NCBI GenBank assembly: GCA_018650165.1
Contig: JABIGM010000018.1
Span: 2,552 to 66,551, forward strand
Reading direction: 5' to 3'
Length of the DNA: 64,000 nt
From: Methanobacteriota archaeon
GTDB lineage: Archaea; Thermoplasmatota; Poseidoniia; Poseidoniales; Poseidoniaceae
Position 1 is the stretch's first letter, and each line of letters opens with the position of its first letter. The translations under genes were made by a program, and so were the position numbers. The notes beneath the pieces are model-generated. The model saw only the letters and a program-made list of their open reading frames with translations. It was not told where the DNA came from and ran no database searches. Shown here piece after piece: positions 56,523 to 64,000 of the stretch.

Positions 56523-59500
56523 TCAGTAGTTAACTTTGAGCCGCATAGGCTGCAAGTCTACTTCCCTCATTGCTCTGATAGCAGATACTTCCATCTTTGC
56601 ACCTGACATTGTAGTGACCAATGGGATATTCATCTCGACTGCTAGTCTTCGCATCATATTACCATCTCTAACTGCTCCTCCTGAAATTGTAGGGACATTT
56701 ACGATAAATGAAACCTCTCCCTTGCGCATCAAATCCAGAGCATCTGGATGCTTTCTATCTGTTATTCTATAGACTGTTTCGACATCTACATCACCTCCCC
56801 TAATCACATCGGCAGTACCCGGGGTTGCATAAATTGTGAATCCCATGTCCGAGAGGTCGTGAGCAACATCCACGAGGCTTTGTTTGTCCTCGTCACGTAC
56901 GGTTAGATATGCGCCCCCTGCTGAAGCAACCGGTATCTCAGTTGCTAATCTCGCTTTGAGATAAGCAACATCTGCTCGCAAATCTGAGCCATATACTTCG
57001 CCTGTAGATTTCATTTCTGGACCTGGTGCTGGATCTAATCCTTGTAATTTGATGAAAGGGAATACCGGTGCTTTTACCGCTACATGCCCAGATGTGGGAA
57101 CTGGAATCTCTTGTGAGGCAAGTGGTATACCAATCGTAATTCTTGCCGCTATTCGGGCCATTGGGACTCCTGTTGCTTTAGCAACAAACGGAACGGTCCT
57201 ACTGCTACGGGGATTTACTTCAAGGCAATACAAATCATCACCTTGTATTGCAAATTGAATATTGTAACAACCATAGATGTTCAAACCCAATCCGATATTC
57301 TTGGTTTGTTCTCGCACCCTTGCAAGCATATCCTCAGAGATATTTTGGGTTGGGATAAAGCAGGTTGAGTCTCCTGAATGTATTCCTGCTTCTTCGAGGT
57401 GCTCCATAACAGCTCCAATCAGCACCTCCTTTCCGTCAGATGCCGCATCGACATCCAGTTCGATTGCATGTCCAAGATATTCATCAACAAGAAGTGGTTT
57501 ATCTGGAGCAAGATATGCTTCTGTCAGATAGGCATCTAATTGCTTTTGATTGGAAAGTATCTCCATTCCTCTTCCCCCGAGAACATAGGATGGTCTAATC
57601 AATACAGGGAACCCGATTACCTCTACCGCTTCTCGCACATCATCGGCACTAGTTCCCGTAGCACCTCTCGGCATCTTGAGACCTATCCTTTCTGCAAAGG
57701 ATTCGAATCGCTCTCTATCACTAGCCTCATCAATTGCATCACAAGAGGTTCCTAGAATCTCTAACTGCAGGTTCAAATCCTCTATTCTCGATTCTAATGG
57801 TAATGCGAGATTTATCGCAGTTTGACCACCAAATTGTAGTAAGATTCCGTGGGATTCTTCTCTAAGCAGTACTTCAGTGACACATTCCAAAGTAAGTGGC
57901 TCAAAGTACAAACGATCTGATGTGTCGAAATCAGTTGAAACCGTTTCGGGATTGTTATTCATCAAAATAGCATCCATTCCGGCTTCCCTAATTGCTTTCA
58001 CAGCATGAACGCACCCATAATCAAATTCAATTCCTTGTCCAATTCGGATTGGCCCAGAACCAATTACCACCTGGCGTTTCTTATTTCGATTTGCAAGGTC
58101 TGGTAGCAAATCAATCCCGTAGTTACCATTTGGTTCATATGTTGAATAATAATAGGGGGTTTTTGCAGCAAATTCTGCTGCACATGAATCAACCATACGG
58201 AAAATTGGATGCACTGATAAGGAATGCCTCTTCTTCATCACAGCAGATTCTCCACGGCTTGCAGTAATCTCTTTCAAGCCTAATACAGGGAATCCAGAAA
58301 GGGCATCAGCGATATGAGCGTCACTAAAACCGAAGCTCTTCCAACGACGTAAATCATCTGCTGAAATATCATTTGGAGAACATGACTTTCTAACAATTTC
58401 ATTTTCTATTTCGGCTAAGTTCTGGAATCCATAAAGGAACCACCTTGTGATTCTCGTTATTTCGTGAACCCTTTCGATACTCCAGCCACGTCTAAATGCT
58501 TCAATTACCGCGCCCATTCTACGGTCGGTAGCAATCCTTAGCCAATCGATTAACACACTATCAGGCAACTCTTCATTGGCTCTTTCAGCCATTCCTTCGC
58601 CTTCCGACTCATCTGCCCTAGTTAGTGGCCTTGGATAGTGAGCCCCTTGCTCTAGAGAAGCCCAAGCCTTCAGGAATGCCTCTTCGAAACAACGGCCAAT
58701 AGCCATCACCTCGCCAGTCGATTTCATCGAAGTTCCAAGAGTACGGTCTGCAGTACGGAATTTGTCGAAAGGCCAACGTGGAATCTTAACCACACAATAA
58801 TCCAGTGTTGGTTCGAATGCGGCAGTAGTTCCTTCCCCTGTAATCGGATTAGGTAATTCATCAAGAGTATATCCAACTGCTATTTTTGCAGCCATCCTCG
58901 CAATTGGATATCCGGTAGCTTTGGAGGCGAGTGCTGATGAGCGAGAAACTCGAGGGTTTACTTCGATGACGCGTACTTCACCTGTAGACTGATTTACAGC
59001 AAATTGTACATTACATCCGCCCTTAATATTCAATTTACGGATCAGTGAAAGTGACATATCTCTTAATTCCATGTGGTCCCTATCAGAAAGTGATTGAACA
59101 GGTGCTACCACAGTTGATTCACCAGTATGCACTCCCATAGGGTCAATGTTTTCCATGGTACAAACAATTGTGGCATTGTCTGCACCATCACGCATAACTT
59201 CGTATTCGTACTCCTGCCATCCGAGAATACTCTCTTCGATTAGGACCTGTCCAATTCTACTGTTTCTCAGCCCTAATGTTGCTATTTCAACCAATTGCCC
59301 AGTATTCCATGCAGTTCCTCCACCCAGGCCACCAAGAGTAAATGCTGGACGGATAAGAATTGGCCAACTCCCAATTTGTTCTGCAGCTGAAAGTACATCT
59401 GCTATTGAATTACAAGCGATTGCATCAGATATCGGCAGATCTATTTCGAGACACACTCGATTGAACAAATCTCTGTCCTCTGCCTTGTCGATTGCATCAA

Positions 59501-59858
59501 GGTCAGAACCAATCAATTCAATGCCCAATTCATCCAATACTCCCGCATGTGCTAATTCACTTGCAATATTTAGAGCGGTTTGACCACCCATGCCCGCAAG
59601 AAGAGCATCTGGTCGCTCAATCTCCATAATTCGCTTTATTGTATCTGGAAGCAGCGGTTCGATGTAGACCTTATCTGCCATCTCAGGGTCGTTTTGAATT
59701 GTAGCAGGGTTCGAATTGACAAGAATTACTTTGTATCCATCTTCACGCAAAGCTTGCACTGCTTGTGAACCAGAGAAATCGAATTCTGCGGCTTGACCGA
59801 TTTTAATTGGTCCGGAACCAAGAACTAAAATTGTCTTCAAGTCATCTCTTCGAGGCAT
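56523..59858 (-). CDS. carB: Carbamoyl-phosphate synthase large subunit
   Basis: GSGPIKIGQAAEFDFSG, two ATP-grasp halves, EVNPRVSRSS, C-terminal MGS domain. Confidence 0.97.
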   Translation of the reverse strand: MPRRDDLKTILVLGSGPIKIGQAAEFDFSGSQAVQALREDGYKVILVNSNPATIQNDPEMADKVYIEPLLPDTIKRIMEIERPDALLAGMGGQTALNIASELAHAGVLDELGIELIGSDLDAIDKAEDRDLFNRVCLEIDLPISDAIACNSIADVLSAAEQIGSWPILIRPAFTLGGLGGGTAWNTGQLVEIATLGLRNSRIGQVLIEESILGWQEYEYEVMRDGADNATIVCTMENIDPMGVHTGESTVVAPVQSLSDRDHMELRDMSLSLIRKLNIKGGCNVQFAVNQSTGEVRVIEVNPRVSRSSALASKATGYPIARMAAKIAVGYTLDELPNPITGEGTTAAFEPTLDYCVVKIPRWPFDKFRTADRTLGTSMKSTGEVMAIGRCFEEAFLKAWASLEQGAHYPRPLTRADESEGEGMAERANEELPDSVLIDWLRIATDRRMGAVIEAFRRGWSIERVHEITRITRWFLYGFQNLAEIENEIVRKSCSPNDISADDLRRWKSFGFSDAHIADALSGFPVLGLKEITASRGESAVMKKRHSLSVHPIFRMVDSCAAEFAAKTPYYYSTYEPNGNYGIDLLPDLANRNKKRQVVIGSGPIRIGQGIEFDYGCVHAVKAIREAGMDAILMNNNPETVSTDFDTSDRLYFEPLTLECVTEVLLREESHGILLQFGGQTAINLALPLESRIEDLNLQLEILGTSCDAIDEASDRERFESFAERIGLKMPRGATGTSADDVREAVEVIGFPVLIRPSYVLGGRGMEILSNQKQLDAYLTEAYLAPDKPLLVDEYLGHAIELDVDAASDGKEVLIGAVMEHLEEAGIHSGDSTCFIPTQNISEDMLARVREQTKNIGLGLNIYGCYNIQFAIQGDDLYCLEVNPRSSRTVPFVAKATGVPMARIAARITIGIPLASQEIPVPTSGHVAVKAPVFPFIKLQGLDPAPGPEMKSTGEVYGSDLRADVAYLKARLATEIPVASAGGAYLTVRDEDKQSLVDVAHDLSDMGFTIYATPGTADVIRGGDVDVETVYRITDRKHPDALDLMRKGEVSFIVNVPTISGGAVRDGNMMRRLAVEMNIPLVTTMSGAKMEVSAIRAMREVDLQPMRLKVNY

Positions 59859-61141
59859 TATTGCATACCCCCATAATGAATATCGACTACTTCTCTAAAT
59901 CTAGCAAATAGTGGGTAAGCATCGTGAGGACCAGGTGCTGCCTCAGGGTGGAATTGAACTGTGAATACGGGCCGTCCTACTAGGTCTAAACCCTCGACTG
60001 TACGGTCATTTGCATTGACGAAACGAACTTTCGCCTGTGCTCCGTGAAGATTCTCACCGGGAGGTGAGCAGGCCCCCGAAGGGTGGGCTGCTAGCATTCC
60101 GTTCTCAGGGTCTGCCACTGCAAAACCATGGTTTTGGCTTGTAATCCAAACACGACCATTTTCCAAATCAACACAGGGTTGATTTGCACCACGGTGACCA
60201 TATCTCATCTTGTAGGTCTGTAGGCCACTTGCTAGACCTAGCAATTGGTGGCCTAAGCAAATTCCCATAACGGGAATGTTTGCTTTTACTGCTTCTGCAA
60301 GAGTGTTACGTGCCATTGTTGCTTTTCCCGGATGTGCTGGATCACCGGGTCCGTTTGAACAAAATAAGGCCGCCACACCATAGGATTCTACCTGTGAAAA
60401 CGTCGTATTGGGAGGGCACCATATCACTTCAAAGTGGCAGCACAAACTACGCAAAATATTGTATTTAATGCCACAATCTATCGCTGCTATACGGGGTAAT
60501 GGATTGCCAAGGTTATCTGTAGCACCTTCATTGATAATCACGGCTTCATTAATCGAAACTTGGTCGACAAGGTCTTCCAGTTCGGGCGACGATAACTGAG
60601 CTAAATGTTGCTTTAGGTTTTCTTCCTCTTCAATTGGCCCAAATACGCATAAGACACAACCATGCTCCCTGACCCTTCTAGTGATTGCCCTAGTATCGAT
60701 TGCTTCTATTCCCGGTACGCTATGGAACGCAAGGAAGTCGCTCAGATTTGATATTGAATCACGGTGATCTGGCCGAGCCATTGCATGACGGACTACAACG
60801 CCACGAGGCCACACGCCAGCAGATTCACTAGTACCTGCATGTATACCATAATTTCCAATCAAAGGGTAAGTGAAAGTGAGGACTTGGCCAGCGAATGAAG
60901 GGTCGGTTAACGATTCTTGATAGCCAGTCATACCTGTAGTGAATACTAGTTCGCCTTCACCCCAAGTCTTCGCCCCGAATAATTGGCCCGTAAAACGACT
61001 ACCATCGGCCAACAGCAGCACCCCTTGACCCGATGCTGATTCAGGAATTATTCCCCCCTCAACAATGCCATCGGTGGCATCAACCAATCGCAAACGGTCT
61101 CCGGGAGAAGTATCTCCTTTCTGAGACCACTCGCCCGACAT
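59858..61141 (-). CDS. carA: Carbamoyl-phosphate synthase small subunit
   Basis: GELVFTTGMTGYQESLTDPS, SNGPGDP, GICLGHQ, QFHPEA.PGP; start set at ATG 61141 (uncertain). Confidence 0.95.
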   Translation of the reverse strand: MSGEWSQKGDTSPGDRLRLVDATDGIVEGGIIPESASGQGVLLLADGSRFTGQLFGAKTWGEGELVFTTGMTGYQESLTDPSFAGQVLTFTYPLIGNYGIHAGTSESAGVWPRGVVVRHAMARPDHRDSISNLSDFLAFHSVPGIEAIDTRAITRRVREHGCVLCVFGPIEEEENLKQHLAQLSSPELEDLVDQVSINEAVIINEGATDNLGNPLPRIAAIDCGIKYNILRSLCCHFEVIWCPPNTTFSQVESYGVAALFCSNGPGDPAHPGKATMARNTLAEAVKANIPVMGICLGHQLLGLASGLQTYKMRYGHRGANQPCVDLENGRVWITSQNHGFAVADPENGMLAAHPSGACSPPGENLHGAQAKVRFVNANDRTVEGLDLVGRPVFTVQFHPEAAPGPHDAYPLFARFREVVDIHYGGMQ

Positions 61142-61266
61142 CGAAAATGCTGATTGTATAGGGGTCATAATCATTGGCAACGGCGCCAATAAACTCGCGC
61201 GAACACACACGCACACGAGGGTTTTATTCTAAATAGCGTACTGCGAATAAGTAAAGAGATGCATAC

Positions 61267-61809
61267 TTACTCTTCTTCATCTGAAGAATCATGAACTAAC
61301 TTTCCACCGTTGATTCCTTCGATAACTAGCCGAGCACCATCAAATGTCCGCTCGCTACCCGATTCTCCAAACCAAGCATCCATGAAAAGTGCAAGAGCAG
61401 CAACTTCCGAATGGGGTTGATTACCCACTGCAACATTGTGCTGACATAATTTGTAAACATCACCTGGCACTTTCGCACCTCCCACAACGATTAGAATTGG
61501 TTTATCCCTACGGATCTTTGGAATTGCTGTTCGGAATGGCTCACCATACATTGTAAGGTGAACGGCGACCCCTCCGTTCTCTACATGCTTACGGAGATGT
61601 CCAAGGCCACTAACGTGCTCTGTATCTAATACTCCGCCAAATCTGTCACTAACAGATTCGAGATTCTTGAACATCCCGACATCCTCATCACCGGCTAACA
61701 GAAACCCATCAGCACCTAATGCTCGTGCAACTAACGCTAGATGTGTTGTTATTCTGGGGTCACGGCCCATGCGGTAGCCTAGACGTAGGACATCTAGTCT
61801 CTCGCTCAT
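61267..61809 (-). CDS. trm56: tRNA (cytidine(56)-2'-O)-methyltransferase
   Basis: RD.RITTH..LVARALGA, VHLTMYG, VG..KVP, VGNQPHSEVAALA. Confidence 0.93.
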   Translation of the reverse strand: MSERLDVLRLGYRMGRDPRITTHLALVARALGADGFLLAGDEDVGMFKNLESVSDRFGGVLDTEHVSGLGHLRKHVENGGVAVHLTMYGEPFRTAIPKIRRDKPILIVVGGAKVPGDVYKLCQHNVAVGNQPHSEVAALALFMDAWFGESGSERTFDGARLVIEGINGGKLVHDSSDEEE

Positions 61810-61834
61810 GATATAGGCGAAGTGGTATTGCGTT

Positions 61835-62482
61835 TCAAGCCTCGGTTTCATTCTGTGCTTCTTCATGATGGAGAGAATCAACATCTGAAGGTGCAACAAT
61901 TCCTGCCAAAGGATATTTCTTAAGTCGTGATTGTAAGTAAAGTAAGAGTACTGCATCGATTAGTAATTTTGCAGCGACATAAATTGTAGAACACAGTATC
62001 ACTAGTCGACCAGACATCCACAATGCGTCGCCCATATCGGTGCTTCCAACCAAGCCCATGATTGCGGGTTCAGAAGCGTACAAAAACGCAAGAACAAGTG
62101 AAATACCGCTAATTAAACCTGGAATTAATTGCCCATGCTCTCTACTCAAAGCTCCCAACAAGGAGCCCAGGAATACTAAGCAGGGTGCGATGATTGTCAC
62201 TGTCATAAATGTTGGATCGAAAAAAATCGAGTTGAAATCAGACTTGCCATTTGCCTTTAGAACAGTTAGCCACCAAAAAACCGCATAACCAGTTATTATT
62301 GCTCCAACAACTTTACCTTTTGCATGAATCATTTTAGGGATAGATTCTGCTGAATCGACATTAAGTCTTGCAGTGATACTTTCCATCAACAAACCCTCTG
62401 TTGGACTTGGTTCTGGCTCGACTAATTGTCTAGAAACGGGGGTTTCTGTGACCTCATTAATCACACCTGCTCCTTCAGACAT
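61835..62482 (-). CDS. Hypothetical membrane protein (about 4 TM)
   Basis: Four hydrophobic helices; TTTATG box 29 nt before ATG 62482. Confidence 0.65.
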   Translation of the reverse strand: MSEGAGVINEVTETPVSRQLVEPEPSPTEGLLMESITARLNVDSAESIPKMIHAKGKVVGAIITGYAVFWWLTVLKANGKSDFNSIFFDPTFMTVTIIAPCLVFLGSLLGALSREHGQLIPGLISGISLVLAFLYASEPAIMGLVGSTDMGDALWMSGRLVILCSTIYVAAKLLIDAVLLLYLQSRLKKYPLAGIVAPSDVDSLHHEEAQNETEA

Positions 62483-62536
62483 ACTAGCACCTGCACTCCA
62501 CATCTCATAAAACCTGCCGCAGACAGGGGGTTCAAC

Positions 62537-63331
62537 ATGGCAGTCTGCGAGGAGGGTGATTGGAGCCGCCCTCAAATCATGGGCATCATCAATGCAACCC
62601 CCGATTCATTCCATCCAGCCTCTCGTTATGGGAGCCTTAAAAGAGCAATTAAAATGCTCTCAGATGGAGCCGATTGGATTGATGTAGGAGGGGAATCAAC
62701 TCGACCTGGCGCTGAAATTATTTCTATAGAAGAAGAGATTAAGAGAGTGATACCTCTTGTAAAGGAAATATCAAAGCATGGTGATGTGTCAATCGATACA
62801 CGAAATGTAAAGGTTGCGAAATTAGCACTTGAAGCGGGTGCTAAAATGATTAACGATGTCAGTGGTCTTAGAGATCCTGAGATGATGGAATTGGTGATTC
62901 AGTCAGAATGTTATGTCTGCATTATGCATATGCTAGGAGAACCGGGCAATATGCAAAGTAATCCCGAATATACTAACGTTGTCAGTGAAGTAAACCAGTT
63001 ATTGATTTCAAAAGCCCGAGAACTGGTTGATAGAGGTCATTCAATGGATAAAATATTCTTAGATCCGGGAATTGGTTTCGGAAAAACTCTACCACACAAT
63101 ATTGAATTATTACAATCGAGTGAACACTTGCGCCCTTATTCGGTTCTATGGGGGGTCTCTCGCAAATCTATGATTGGGGAAATTTGCAACCAACCTGACA
63201 CCTGTAACCGGCTAGCTGGCAGCCTAGCCATTGCTGCTAAAGCATTCTACCAAGGGATCGATATTGTCCGCGTACATGATGTTCGTGAGCATAACGATTT
63301 ATTCTCAGTACTGGAAACATTGGAGGGCTGA
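62537..63331 (+). CDS. folP: Dihydropteroate synthase
   Basis: MGIINATPDSF, DVGGESTRPG, SIDT, INDVSG, DPGIGFGK, GVSRKS, RVHDV. Confidence 0.95.
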   Translation: MAVCEEGDWSRPQIMGIINATPDSFHPASRYGSLKRAIKMLSDGADWIDVGGESTRPGAEIISIEEEIKRVIPLVKEISKHGDVSIDTRNVKVAKLALEAGAKMINDVSGLRDPEMMELVIQSECYVCIMHMLGEPGNMQSNPEYTNVVSEVNQLLISKARELVDRGHSMDKIFLDPGIGFGKTLPHNIELLQSSEHLRPYSVLWGVSRKSMIGEICNQPDTCNRLAGSLAIAAKAFYQGIDIVRVHDVREHNDLFSVLETLEG

Positions 63332-63333
63332 AT

Positions 63334-64000
63334 TTGTTTCTTATTTTTGGCTCCGACCCTTTGGCAATACGTCTAGCTGAATGGATTGGTGCACGTTCTC
63401 GAGTTCGAATTATTGGACTCGCAGACCAAATGGTCGGAATGCCTGATGCAGAAATTGTGGCTTTACCTACTGAAATGGAATTACATGAAATGCCGTTACC
63501 TGAAGTCACTCCTACCACGATTTTACTGTTGGAAGAAATAATTTGTGACGATGACCCAGTACAGGAATTACGCAACCATTGGCCAAATACCCCCATACTA
63601 TCAACAATAGATATCGCAGGTGCGGAACGAATTTCTGTTGAAGACCTGACCATTTCTGCAATCCAAGATAGATTAAGGTCCATCGACAGAAAACAAGGTG
63701 CAAGTGAAGTACTGAGAAGGCTAAATGAAGAAACTAATGCTAAAGTTCTGATTGTATGCCACGATAACCCTGACCCTGATGCTCTGGCTAGCGCATTAGC
63801 GATGAAGCATCTTTGTGAGACTATTGGCCACGAACCAACTATTATTCATGGTGGGATGATTGAACATCAACAGAACCGTGCCATGGTAAAATTATTGGAA
63901 ATGGATATCCGCAAATTGATTCTTGATTGGGAAGTTGAAGACTTGCTAAAAGAATCTGATTTGGTTATCTGCGTTGATTTCAGCCACCCGGGAGCAAATA
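63334..64000 (+). CDS. DHH family phosphoesterase (NrnA-like) with degenerate N-terminal TrkA-like domain; truncated by window end
   Basis: Read manually from TTG 63334 after GGAGG: MFLIFGSDPLA...CHDNPDPDALASALA...GGMIEHQQNRAMV...ICVDFS; no stop before 64000. Confidence 0.85.
   Translation, partial: MFLIFGSDPLAIRLAEWIGARSRVRIIGLADQMVGMPDAEIVALPTEMELHEMPLPEVTPTTILLLEEIICDDDPVQELRNHWPNTPILSTIDIAGAERISVEDLTISAIQDRLRSIDRKQGASEVLRRLNEETNAKVLIVCHDNPDPDALASALAMKHLCETIGHEPTIIHGGMIEHQQNRAMVKLLEMDIRKLILDWEVEDLLKESDLVICVDFSHPGAN

Noticed and set aside
127-63703. Many short antisense or alternate-frame ORFs in the track
   Set aside because: They lie within well-supported genes and have no motifs; treated as shadow ORFs

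Overview
Gene-dense archaeal chromosomal segment with many overlapping start/stop codons. The archaeal information genes (rpoH-rpoB-rpoA1-rpoA2-rpl30e, aRF1, aIF-2beta, class I LysRS, Trm56, Pop5) occur together with a thrombospondin-repeat surface protein, a class Ia ribonucleotide reductase and bacterial-type folate/lipoate genes. This mix suggests Marine Group II Thermoplasmatota (Poseidoniales); the assignment is inferred from gene content only. I found about 65 CDS and one tRNA-Lys(UUU), and no CRISPR array, rRNA or mobile element. Two systems stand out. (1) A five-gene Rieske/cytochrome b6-type operon (19670-25461) has no cytochrome c1/f. Its cytochrome b keeps the heme-ci cysteine (YCLGG), and its subunit IV is fused to an extracellular domain plus an HdrD/GlpC-like 2x[4Fe-4S]+2xCCG module predicted to be cytoplasmic. 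It faces an operon encoding GshA and a ferredoxin. (2) The transcription apparatus looks remodelled: Rpo5 and Rpo1C share a duplicated N-terminal domain (27/42 identical), Rpo1N has a ~130-aa Cys-bracketed insert in the dock region, two clamp zinc sites are degenerate, and a non-canonical TT(G/C)A(A/T)-like box recurs 29-30 nt upstream of many start codons. All calls are from motif recognition by eye; no searches were run.
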